Assembly (NCBI RefSeq): GCF_006345805.1
Contig: NC_043019.1
Coordinates: 15,437,360 to 15,501,359 of the forward strand
Reading direction: 5' to 3'
DNA: 64,000 bases
From: Octopus sinensis
Taxonomy: Eukaryota
A model generated the notes under the pieces. That model saw nothing but the letters and a program-made list of their open reading frames with translations, ran no database searches and had not been told where the DNA came from. Shown piece by piece: positions 36,286-48,374 of this stretch (the first letter of the stretch is position 1; the number at the start of each line of letters is the position of its first letter). The translations under genes and the position numbers were made by a program.

Positions 36286-37061
36286 GTGTATATATATATA
36301 TATATATGTGTGTGTATATATATATATGTGTATATATATATATTGTAGACATATAAACAGGGAAAATTTAATAATTTCTCCCTAGATTGAAAAGAAATAT
36401 AAAACAGTCTTAATTGGTTCTTGGACTTCATTGGAGTCTCAGCAGAGACGTCTTCATTGCTTTGTCTAGTCCCAGAGAAATGGGCAACCAATCTGTCTAT
36501 GTACTCAACAAGTCCAGTCCCTACAGAGAACTTGAACTACTAATTTGCATATGATGTTTAAGGTATATAATTTACATACCGTATGTATGTATTATCAGGA
36601 TCATGTCAACAGGGATCTTAGTCTACACAGTATCGAGATGTGGATATTACAGAAAACCTTTGTAGTAGATTTATAAACAGGGCAGATTAAGCTATTTCTC
36701 CGTAGATTGTACAAATGGTGAGCAGCCTCCAGGCAGAATGTTCTTGATTATAACATAGGAACTGGTCTGAATGTTACAGAAGGTTTTGTGCCAACTATTA
36801 CGCTTGGCAATATTGATTGCTCTTGTGTGTGTGTCTGTCTGTTTATATATGTATGTAAACACACGTGTGTATATATATATATATACATACATACACATAA
36901 TTATTCATGTAAATACATATATATGTGTATGTATATATATATATATGTATGTTTATATGTATATGCATGTGTATATATATATATATATATATATATGTTT
37001 ATATGTTTATATGTATATGCATGGATATATATTTATATATATGTATGTATGTATGCATGTT

Positions 37062-37092
<31 letters not shown>

Positions 37093-37617
37093 ATACATAC
37101 CTGTATATGTATATATATATATATATATGTATGTATATATGTCTGTGTACACACACACATAAACACACACCCTCCTTATTGTTGCATGCACAACCCATTG
37201 TAATTTCCTTCGTTTTCATTTCATGCAACAACACAGACAACACAGATGATCAATAAATGCTTATCTTGATCTGTAACGAGTCTGTTGTTTCCCAATTCAC
37301 CAATTAACGAGACCAAACCACGGAGATGCTAAACCAATTCCGTCTTTGATTCCTAACGATGCTGCAATATACTTTTTGCCACACTTCTACACATAATCAA
37401 GCACTTCAACATGTTCCTCCTTTATTCCTACCAAATGTTGATTGAAGAACTGTCTGTAAGAATTATTTTGGAAGTTTATTTATAGTTGCAGGTGTAGCTG
37501 TTTGGTTTGGAATTTTGGTTCCAAGCCACATGGTTTTGAGTTCAGTCCCACTGCACGGTATCTTTGCTAAGTGTCTTCAACTGAAACCTGGGGCAAATCA
37601 AAGCCTTGTAAATTTTC

Positions 37618-37812
37618 CTTCATCATCATCATCATCATTGTTTAATGTCCGCTTTCCATGCTAGCATGGGTTGGACGATTTTGACTGAGGGCTGGCGAAC
37701 CAGATGGCTGCATCAGGCTCCAATCTTGATCTGGCAGAGTTTCTACAGCTTGATGCCCTTCCTAACTCCAACCACTCCGAGAGTGTAGTGCTTTTTATGT
37801 GCCACCAGCAGG
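37618..37812 (-). mobile_element. RTE 3'-tail fragment
   Basis: (CAT)n followed by the reverse-complement tail. Confidence 0.7.
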
Positions 37813-38344
37813 GGAATATGTATGTATGTACGTATGTATGTACGTATGTATGTAAGTATGTATGTATGTATGTATTTATGTATGTACGTATGTATGTATG
37901 TATGTACGTATATATGTACGTATGTATGTATTGTACCTATATAAACAGGGATTCCTCATAATATGAGGGATTAACTGGCTCTGGAGATTAACTGACTCAT
38001 TCAGCAAATTTGCCTTTGGTAGCTGATCATTTTGAAATTATTAATTTAGGGATAGCACCATTATTGGTACTGCAGTGGAAAGAATCATTCAAGGTTTGTC
38101 ATCATCTGCACCATTATCATAATCATTTAATGTCCAGTTGCATGGGTCAAATGGAAGTTGTTGAAGCAGATTTTCTATGGACAGACACCTTTCCTGTCTC
38201 CATCCCTCACCTGTTTCGAGGTGATGATGAAGGTGTGTTAGATTGTTGGTATGGCTGTTTTTGTATATGTGGAATAGTATTACAGGATTGTTGGTATGGC
38301 TGTGGAATAGTATTATAAACTCATGCTTTTGATATATATATATT

Positions 38345-38520
38345 TCCAAAATAACTCCTTATACTGAACTCTACTATTTTCCTCTAGTTAACTCCCTCAT
38401 ATTGTCTCTGATGAAGGGATATCCCTAATATCCCAAAAATAGCTGTATGACTACCTTTCTCTTTAAAAATGTCCTATAAGTTCCGCACAGCCTTGGCTTT
38501 GTTGTCTCATTTTATTTAAC
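38345..38520 (+). mobile_element. Penelope-like repeat remnant with a degenerate hammerhead
   Basis: GTCT-CTGATGA-AGGGATAT..ATATCCC-AAAAA-TAGCTG-TA-TGAC layout. Confidence 0.45.
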
Positions 38521-39224
38521 ATATACATGCTGATACAAGACCTGCAATAGACTCATCACTCATATTATTATCGAACCGAGAGTCTACTGTCCTCCCATAG
38601 CACTTACATAGCCTTACCTGCCAGCTTCGGTCTTCTGGATACCAATACCTCTCATATATATATATATACAGACACACTCAAACACCCAGTATAAATATAC
38701 TGTATCGATGTGTGTGTATATACATATATATATATATATATATCCAATGAAAAGAAGAAGACAAAGAAAATTATTTGACATATCTTTAATATAAGTTACA
38801 ATTATTCCTGTACCATCCCTATTTGCAATGTCAGTTTACACGAAAATTCTAAATGAAAAATCACGTGATATTTGTGGTTTTAGACATCAGAGAGGCATTT
38901 CAGCAGACTCGTATCGAAGGTGTGTGTATATATATACACCAGAGTCACTTGGGCTCATCACAATTTTCACATTAGACATGCCTGCTCGAAGAATTTCACG
39001 TTTTATTTCTAGTCCCAAATGGCTTATTTTCTATAACTAGCATTATGTCTTTCTCCAGTTCTAAGTTAAGGGTAAAAATAAAGCAACCTTGCAAAACACA
39101 GCTGATCCTTACACACAGACACACAGAATAGCAGCAATCAAAGAAACAACAGCAGAGTGCAGAACAAACATCTGCGATCTGACTGTTGCCTGTATTCTTG
39201 ACAAGAGATGCCAATTAGTCTTTT

Positions 39225-39575
39225 AGTCGACCTTGGTGGAATTTGAACTCAGAACGTGAAGACCGACGAATTGCCGCCTAAGCATTTCATCCGGCGTGCA
39301 AACGATTCTGCCAGCTCGCAGCCCTAATATTCTCTGGACATTTCCAGAACCATATTTGTTATATAATATTTACGCACTCCAGGGCGGTGGGCTGACAAAA
39401 TCGTGAGAGTGTCGAACAAAATGCTCAGCGGCATTTCTTCAGATTTTGACGTTCTTAGTTCAAATTTCGCCATGGTCGACTTTGCCTTCCATCTTTCGGG
39501 GTCGATAAGATAAGTACAATTTGAGCCCTGGAGTCGATGTAATCAACTTACTCCATCCCGCAAAATTGCTGGCCA
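39225..39575. mobile_element. head-to-head pair of SINE family D copies
   Basis: 39225..39330 (-) and 39378..39575 (+). Both carry TTCAAATT...GTCGAC; the + copy continues TTTGCCTTCCATCTTTCGGGGTCGAT. Further copies near 15645, 16270, 49405, 50050-50300 and 52435. Confidence 0.7.
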
Positions 39576-40554
39576 ATATTAAAAGCGTTCCGTATCTATA
39601 ATTCCCATTTTAAGTATTTTGGTAAATCCAATTCTTCCATCCCTAAACTTCATGATAGGTAACACAGAGTTGTTTCCCTTGGTACGAAAGTTTAACATTT
39701 CCGTGAGGTGACGACGGTGGGGGTGGCCGTCGGTTGTTTTAATTTTTATGAAAACAGGACGATTTGGCCACTATTTCTAGCAGGCTGAACAATATTTATT
39801 AGTGAAAAGTTTAAATTCAATGACAAAAATCGAAAACTATATTAAAATATAAGAAAAAGAATATAAAATGATGAAACATCACACGTTGGTTGTAAATCTA
39901 TTAGACTAGGATTGCAGTTACCTCCCTTAGACCAGTAAACTCAGGTGCGCGACTGTTCGTAGACTTGCCTTTACATAGATTATTGTTATCCAGACAGCTT
40001 CCAGTACAGAGGATAATCTGCCTCTGTATTTTGCAGGGTCACTAGGTTTATTTTAATCGTTGTCTAAAATACGGACAGCCCGAATTTTTTGTTTAAATCC
40101 CAGCAATAAACTATTAAATGTGTTTAAAGGAAGAAAGATATGGAAAAACACCAGTTACATCAGAGTGACAAAGAAACGAGGAGGTTATTAGGTGGTCGTG
40201 AGATGTACTAAAAATAGTAGCTAAATAGCCTTTAAATCACACGTCACAAGATCTATTTTTCAGGGTTTTATTTTGTGGTGGGGGTGCATAATTATATGAT
40301 TTCCTTTGTGTAGAACCCAAACTCGCCAGAAGTTTCTGAAAATTCCTTAAGAATTAAAAAAAAAAATTGTTACTCTTTTATCGACCCCCAAGACTTATTC
40401 TTTGTAAGTTTAGTACTTATTCTATCGGTCTCTTTTGCCGAACCGCTAAGTTACGGGACGTAAACACATCAGCATCAGTTGTCGCAAGATTCGCGAGAAA
40501 TATATTTCCAAGGAAAAAAAAAATGAACTGAAACTGAAATATGTTGAATGATAG

Positions 40555-40918
40555 ACGCAGACGTGGCTGCGTTTTTAGAAGTCTGCTCCCCAAGTACATG
40601 CTTCTGGGTTCATTCCCACTGTGTGACACCTTGGGCAAGTGTCTTCTTCTATAGCCTCAAATTGATCAAAGCCTTGAGAGTGGATTTGGCAGACGGAAAC
40701 TGAAAGAAGCCCGTCGTATGTATTATATAAATATGTCTGTTTGCGTGTGTTTGCCCTCCACTCCCGCTTGACAACCAGTGCTGGTGTGTTTCTGTCCCCA
40801 TAACAAAAATAGTCGATGGAATAATTACGAGGCTTAAAACAGAAAAAGTAAGTTCTGGGATTAAAAAAAAACCCCTTCAAAGCTGTATATCAGCATGGCT
40901 GCAGTCCAATGACTAAAA
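40555..40918 (+). mobile_element. SINE family A
   Basis: Colinear with 20228..20610. Confidence 0.8.
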
Positions 40919-42389
40919 ACGGTTAGAGCTAATTTTTACCCAAAGCAAGAAATACTGAAGGAAGGGAACAAATCGATTTCTCGACTCCAGTAGTTGACTA
41001 TTAGTTATTTTATTATTATTTTTTTCTATTGAATCCAACCTCGGCAGAATTTGAGCAAAATACGTCCAATAAGTTGCCACACATACATAGAGGTGCAGGC
41101 GCAGCTGTGCGATAAAATGTTGGTTCTCCAACCACATAGTTCCGGGTTCGGTCCCGGATGTGTGTGTGTTCCACCACCTCTTGACGAATGGTGTTGCTGT
41201 GTTTATGCCCCTGCATCTTAATACTTCGGCAAAAAAAATAATAAAGATAAAATAAGTGTCCCGGGTTTGTAAAAACCAAAACCAAGTACTTGGCAGTACT
41301 AGAATTAGATATAACATCACAAATGTGCCCTCCACTTGATTTTGTTTCCTCATAACTTCCAGAGAAATGGATATCCTTCTATGGAATTTTCTACAAATGC
41401 GCTTCAGATGGTGTAAATGCCAGTTACATCAGAATTTATTTTGAAAAAATGTTTCCAAGAACAGGAAGAAGAATTTCGGAAAATTCACACGAGTCGGCTT
41501 TTTCCCCTCATAACTTTCAGAAAAAATGGATATTTTTAATGAAATTTTTTACAAATACCGTTCAGATTGAGTAGATTATGATTATTTCGGAATTTAATAT
41601 GAAAACTAATTGGTGGGCTGACACACACGACATATATCTACGAAATAAAACTTGAAATTTCGAAGAAAATTGCGACGTGTGTGAGTATGTTCCTGTACGT
41701 GCCCAACAACTTTATTTTCCCCATTAAATTCCGATATAACGGTAATCTACATTATCTGATAGGTATTTGTAGAACATTTCATTTACAAAATATCCGTTTT
41801 TCTAAACGTTATGAGGAAACAAAGCCGATTCGTTTGAATTTACAGAAATTCTTCTCCCCAGCCTTGGAAAAGATTCCTTTTCAAAGCCAATTATGATGTA
41901 ATTGGAATTTACATTATCGGAAGCGTACTTGCAGAAAATTTTTATTGAAGAATATTCATTTTTCTGGAAGTTATGAAGAAACAAAATTGGGGTGAGGCAT
42001 ATTTGTGTTGGTGTGCCTAAAATTCTTAAAAGTGGTGCCCCAGCACGGCCGTAGTCTATTTACTAAAAAAAAAATAATAATGGTAACACACACACACACA
42101 CACATACACATATGCACACACACGCACACACACACACACACACACATGCACACACACGCACACACATTCGATGTAAGTTGTGCTGATGTCAATCGAAAGA
42201 GCGAGAGAGAGTTAGAGAATAAAAATTGTTATTGTGATAGTTTATAACAATATTTTTTTCCCCCCCTTTTGCTTTCTTATCCGGTGTTAACTTATTTATT
42301 TCAATAAATTTAGAAACTTTGGACCTTTTTATTAAAAATTAAAATAAAATAAAATACTAACAGGGAAAAAAAGAACACCGTTTAAAGGA

Positions 42390-42480
42390 TATGTCATCAC
42401 GTCATTAAATCAAAGAAGCAGACGACATTCAAACAAACCAGACGACATTCACGCCATGGCGTGTCGACGCGTCGCCGGTC
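42390..42480. promoter_or_regulatory. CpG-dense, palindrome-rich putative promoter
   Basis: Direct repeat AGACGACATTCA x2, perfect palindromes CACGCCATGGCGTG (42450-63) and CGACGCGTCG (42465-74), and a CRE-like CACGTCA, all in CpG-poor surroundings. Confidence 0.4.
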
Positions 42481-42508
42481 GTTTTAGAAGAAATACCTCC
42501 AAACAGAA
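42456..42508 (+). other. candidate first exon/uORF of an unannotated + strand transcript
   Basis: CpG-rich patch, Kozak-like cgccATGG, open frame MACRRVAGRFRRNTSKQ, donor AA|GTAAGG at 42509. No recognisable homolog. Confidence 0.4.
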
Positions 42509-42837
42509 GTAAGGAAAGAGTTTAATATTTTATTTTTGTATATTACAATTTGTCTTAATTACAAATGTCTGCTCTCCTTCGACTTTTTTTCTTCATAACT
42601 TTCTAGAGGTAAATATTGACATCCGAACGTGTCCCTCACCTCGCATTTTGTTTCTCCGTAACTTTTAAAAAAAAAAATTGGGTTATTTGTTTTGAAGAAA
42701 TTTTCTACAAATACCTTTCAGGTGGTTTAGATTACATTTGTATCGGAATTTGTTGCGAAGAATTTTTATCGGAGCGGCTGGACGAAGAGGAACGACTTTG
42801 TTTCCTCATAGCTTTCAGAAAAATGAATGCTTTTTAA

Positions 42838-43212
42838 ATAGCTTGTCTACCAACCACATGGTTCCGGGTTCAGTCCCACTGAGTGGCACCTTGGGCAAGT
42901 GTCTTCTACTATAGCCTCGGGCCGACCAAAGCCTTGTGAGTGGATTTGGTAGACGGAAACTGAAAGAAGCCCGTCGTATATATATATGTATATATATGCG
43001 TGCGTGTGTTTGTGTGTCTGTGTTTGTCCCCTAGCATTGCTTGACAACCGATGCTGGTGTGTTTATGTCCCCGTTACTTAGCGGTTCGGCAAAAGAGACC
43101 GATAGAATAAGTACTGGGCTTACAAAAGAATAAGTACCGGGGTCGAGTTGCTTGATTAAAGGCGGTGCTCCAGCATGGCCGCAGTCAAATGACTGAAACA
43201 AGTAAAAGAGAA
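42838..43212 (+). mobile_element. SINE family A, young 5'-truncated copy
   Basis: High similarity to 20250..20610; inserted into the local degenerate repeat. Confidence 0.85.
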
Positions 43213-43392
43213 AGAGAAAAAAAATACCTTTCACACAATGTAGATTTCGATTATATAAGATTTAAATATATATATATATATTTTGTATGTGGAAAATCCA
43301 CAGGTACATAACTCCATGTCCCCCTACATGGCCTTGCTTTTTGCTTTTTGAGCCAAAAAATTAACTTAACTTAACTAATAAACACTGAAAAT

Positions 43393-44405
43393 GTGCAGAA
43401 AATAGACTACATCAACTGCCAGGTGGGCAAGCTAGAGGTAGTAGATAGCTTTCATTATCTAGGCAACCAAGTTAGTAGTGGAGGTGAATGTTCCAAGAGC
43501 ATAGCTGTGAGAATAAGATTAGTCAGGGCAAAGTTCAGAGAGCTCCTACCCCTGCTCTCAACAAAGGGCCTCTCTCTAAGAGTGAAAGGCAGATTGTTTG
43601 ATGCCTGTGCGTGAAAAGCTATGCTGCATGGCAGTGAAACATGGGCTATAACAGCTGAGGACATGCATAGGCTAGAAAGAAATGAAGCCAGTATGCTTCA
43701 CTGGATGTGCAATGTCAGTGTGCATGTTCGACAGAGTGTAAGCAACTTGAGAGAAAGGTTAGGCATAAGAAGCATCAGATGTGGTGAGCAAGAGAGATGA
43801 TTGCGCTGGTATGGTCATGTGATGCATATGGATGAGGCAGCTGTGTTAAAATGTGACAGTCTTTAACTGTAGAGGAAACCTGTGGAAGAGGTAGACCCAG
43901 GAAGACATGGGCCAAAGTAGTGAAACATGGTCTTCGAACTTTGAGCCTCACAGAAGCAATGTGTAGTGACCAAGAGATTTGGCAATGTGCTTCAGAGGAC
44001 CCATCAAGCCCAGTGAAATCATAATTGTGGTAACTGGAACCTGTACTGGTGGCATGTAAAAAACATCTTTTGAGTGTTGGGCCTCATGGAGGCAATGGCT
44101 GAGACCTTTGGCATTATATGTGCTTGAGAAAACCCATCAAGCCAAACAAAACTGCAATCATGGCAGACACCAGTGCCATGCAAATTGGCACCCGTACCAG
44201 TGGCATGTAAAAGTACTCCGGTGTCATGCAAATGGCACGTAAAAGCACCCATTACACTCTCAGAGTGGTTGGCATTAGGAAGGGCATCCGGCCATAGAAA
44301 ACCATGCCAAATAAGAGTGGAATCTGGTGCACCCTTCCAGCATGCCAGCCCAGTCAAACTGTCCAACCCATGCCAGCATGGACAACATATGTTAAATGAT
44401 GATGA
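43393..44405 (+). mobile_element. RTE-clade LINE, 5'-truncated 3' end with UTR and (GAT)n tail
   Basis: Encodes LEVVDSFHYLG...KFRELLPLL..KGLSLRVKGRLFDAC...MLHGSETW...LRWYGHV, followed by a UTR with ~50-bp subrepeats and a GATGATGAT tail. Confidence 0.85.
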
Positions 44406-44432
44406 TAATAAATTCTTCATAATTCTTCAAAA

Positions 44433-44608
44433 TTAACCATAAAACAAAGGCTGCATATTTCAACAAGTGAACTAAATTAAAAACATTTCATCATAATTTG
44501 TGTTCTGAACTCCAGCTTAATAATAACTATGTAGTTTTACTAAATGATTTTGTAAAGATTAATTGAAAGAAAGCAGTGTATTTTGAGAGAAATATGGTAA
44601 CAAAAGGG
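44433..44608. mobile_element. decayed piggyBac-like MITE family 1
   Basis: Ends GGTAACAAAAGGG|TTAA; interior resembles 2139..2360. Confidence 0.6.
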
Positions 44609-45719
44609 TTAATCCTTTGCAGTTTCCAAGTTCTTTATGTTCATAGTTCAAATCCTGCTAACGTCAAATTTGCTTTCCATTCTTAGGTCTGTAAAATAAA
44701 GTAACACAGCAAACTGGCTGAGTTGTTAGAGCAGTGATTAGATAATCTTGTAATTATCATTCTGGATCTCTGTGTTCAAATCTTGCTGAGGTTATCTTTG
44801 ACTTTCATAGTTGATAACCGTACAACCAGTCCTGGCTGTGAGGTAAGAAGCTTACTTCCTAACCACAAGATTCCAGGTTCAGTCCCAGTGTGTGGCACCT
44901 AGGGCAAGTGTATTCTACTATAGCCTTGGGCCAACCAAAACCTTGTGAGTGAATATGGTAGATGGAAACTGAAAGAAGCCTGTTACATATATACGTGAAA
45001 GCAAGTGGCTTAGTGGTTAGAGTATTTGGCTCGTGGTCATAAGGTCTTGAGCTCAATTACTGGCAACACATTGTGTCCTTGAGCAAGACACTTTATTTCT
45101 CTTTGCTCCAGTCCACTCAACTGGCAAAAATGTGTAGTACCTGTATTTCAAAGGGCCAGCCTTGTCACACTGTGTCATACTGAATGTCCCTGAAAACTAT
45201 ATTAAGGGAATGCACATTAATTTCATGAGCAGGCTGTTCTGCTGATTGAATCAGCTGGAACCCTCATTGCCGTAATGGACCGAATGTGTGTGTGTGGATC
45301 CTTGTTTGTTACTCCCCAATGCTTGACAACTGACGGTGTGGTTATGTTCCCATAACTTAGTGATTCAGCAAAAGAGATCAATAGATTAAGTACCATGCTT
45401 AACAAATAAAAGATAAAAGAAACTGGTGATGATTCTTTTCTTTCTGTCTCTTTATCTTCCATTGTTTCTAGAAGAAATTGAATGTTTTGACCTTGAGAGC
45501 AATCGGCTTCACCAACCCAATGCCACACCATCACCACCACGAGCTGAGGGCCCAAGGAAAAACAAGGTAAAATAAAGGATTAATTTTGTACTTGGAGATA
45601 ACAGAAGGCAGTCAATAGACTGTTCCCTCCCCACATACTTGAGCCCTTGTGTCCATGTAAGAAATAATTAATCATAATGTTCAGGCCACAGTAAACAGTC
45701 AGACCTAAGAAATTCATAC

Positions 45720-46418
45720 TATGATTCGGTAACAAAGCACTAGTGGTCAAGAATCTTGGGTTCATTTCCACTGCACGGCATTTTGGGCAAGTGTCTTCTA
45801 CTATAGCAGTGGACAGTAATGAAAAGCACAACCACTTAAACCACTTTTGCCGAACCGCTATGTTATGGTGATGTAAACACACCAGCATTGGTTGCCAAGC
45901 AATGTTGGTAGGGAGGGGGGGACAAACACAGACACACACACACACGTATATATATATACATGACAGGCTTCTTTCAGTTTTCATCCACCAAATCCATTCA
46001 CATGGCTTTGGCCAGCCCGATGCTATAGTAGAAGGCATTTGTCCAAGATGCCATGCAGTGAATATTATATAAGCTTGCTTCCCAACCACATGGCTCCAGG
46101 TTCAGTCCTTCTGTGTGGCATCTTGGGCAAGTGTCTTCTACTTGGGCTGACCAAAGCTTTGTGAGTGGATCTGGTAGATGGAAACTGAAAGAAGCCCATC
46201 ATATAAAAATATATATGTATTTGTGTATCTATATTTGTCCTCCCACCATCGTTTAACAACCAATGCTGGTGTGTTTACAACCATGTAACTTAGTTCAGTA
46301 AAAGACACCAGTAGAATAAGTACCAAGCTTACAAAGACTAAGTCCAGGGGTTGATGCCTTCAACTAAAAAGCAGTGCTCTGAAATGCCCATGGTCAAAAT
46401 GACTGAAACAAGAATAAA
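45720..46418. mobile_element. cluster of SINE family A copies in both orientations
   Basis: + head at 45720-45810, - body at 45835..46055, + copy at 46072..46418. Confidence 0.7.
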
Positions 46419-48343
46419 AGTATATGTGTGTGTGTGTGTAGGCATGTGGTTGGAGCATTGGCCTCACAATTGTGAGGTAGTGAGTTTGATCCCTGGACCA
46501 GGCTGTGTTGTGTTCTTGAGCAAAATATTTTAATTCATGTTGCTCCAGTTCATTCAGCTGTTGAAGTTGGCAAGCTGCATCAGCCTTTGCCTTTCCCTTG
46601 GATAGCATTGGTGGCATGGAGAGAGGAGGCTGGTATGCATGGGCAACTGCTGCTCTTAAATACACAACCTTGCCCAGACTTGTGCCTTGGAGGGTAACTT
46701 TCTAGGCGCAATCCCAAAGGGGGTCTTTGTCTGCGTGTGTGCACACCTGCACCTCACCCCATCAAATGGATGCATGACAACTTGTCAGTTTGTTTCCATC
46801 CCTGTAAATTTGAGGTTTGGCAAGAGACAAATGGAATAAATAGTAGACATTCCAATGACTGAAACAAAGGTGGTGCGTTTCAGAAATAGGAAACCAAAAT
46901 TATTAAGAAAGAACTGGAGGGGAAAAAGAAAAAAAAAACATTCAGATTGGAAAATGCAAATAAAAAATATCAAAGAGAAATTTTAGAAATTTTAATTTAA
47001 AAACTGACTTTATTTTATCAAAATAAATGTCCACTAATTATCTTTTACAATTAGTAACAGCAGAAGAACCTGGCATGGGTTTGTTCCATTTTAAACTTAC
47101 CAGTCTACAAATTTCAAAAGATGTTATGTAGTAAGAGGGATTTAAAAACATTTTTTTTATAATTTCTCATTTTGTTTCTTTTACTTATGATTTTTTTTTT
47201 ATTTTTTGTCCTTTCTTGAAATATGAGTTTTTTTCTTTTCTTTTTTTTTTCTTCTATTTCTTAAAAGTTTCCAAGACAGAAAGAGTTGAAACTACTTGGT
47301 TGTAAAAAGCAAATAGAATCACATGTTAAAAAACATAAAACAAAAATGGCAATTTATATACATTTCCAAACTTAGAAAAACAAAAAGGAAAAAAAAAGAA
47401 AAAAAAAGAAAAAGAAAAAATGGGGAGGGAGGTACATAATATTAAGTGCTGCAATCATTGCTATGTACAAAAACGTACAAGTGGATCAGTAACCATCATC
47501 ATCATCATCATATCACCATCAACAACAAAGCAGAATGGGATATTAAAAAAAAATAATATATATATATATGACTTTCTCATTCTCTACATTCAAATCAAGG
47601 AGGGTTAAACAATAGAGAAGGGCGGGGGGAGTAAAAAAAAATGGAAAGTAAAAAATAAAATATTTTAGTAATCATAAGAAAAAAATAATAGTTCATGTCA
47701 AAAAGATATCCTTTGAAATTAAGGGCTGCTTTTTCTTTTCATTCTTTCTCCTTTCGGTGGTGTTGGGTGGTGGGGGAAGGGAGGGCTGCATGTTTTTCTT
47801 CCTTTCTATTTCTTCCTTGAGCACACTGTAAGTGCAGCATGTCACAGTATGAGTTCTCTCTTTCAATGCAACACAATATGCCTGCAGTTACAGGAGAGAA
47901 AATTTGTATGGTGACATGATGTGCCTAAGCACCTCTTATTTTCCTATATTTTTCTGGTTTCAGCATTTTAACCTTGATAAATTGGTAATTCATTAAACCT
48001 AGAGCAGTTGAAATCAATAATTTATTCCTTCAAATAATGACTCAAATGATGGGAAAGAGAGAGAAATGCAGGGCAAAATGCAAAAGGTAAATTTAAACAA
48101 TTAGTCTATTGTGGGGGATGCATTTGAGCAACAGATCTTGCAGGTAAATAAATTATACTTTGGGAGTTAAAAATAGAAAATGTGAATATTTATTTCCTTG
48201 CATTATTATATTAGATAAAGAAGGCAGAGCTAATTGACTGAATAATCATTTTGTTTTGTTTACTTCATTTTATATCAATAGGGGACAGGGGTTAAGAATT
48301 CTTTTCCAAATACTTTGAAGAGTAGGGAAGGGAAAGACAGCCC

Positions 48344-48374
<31 letters not shown>

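Larger units (their letters stand above)
41320..43265. repeat. cluster of degenerate ~150-bp repeats in both orientations
   Basis: Core TTTGTTTCCTCATAACTTTCAGAAAAATG..AAATTTTCTACAAATACC.TTCAG at ~41340, 41500, 42585, 42645 and 42798 (+), and ~41810 and 41970 (-). Confidence 0.7.

Noticed and set aside
38996-39214. Cys-rich 72-aa ORF on the - strand
   Set aside because: Starts at TTG, is partly (TG)n-derived and has no recognisable domain or supporting splice sites.
47822-47827. Possible 6-nt microexon CACACT before GTAAGT
   Set aside because: The acceptor would be GAG, which is rarely used, and no host coding frame is established.
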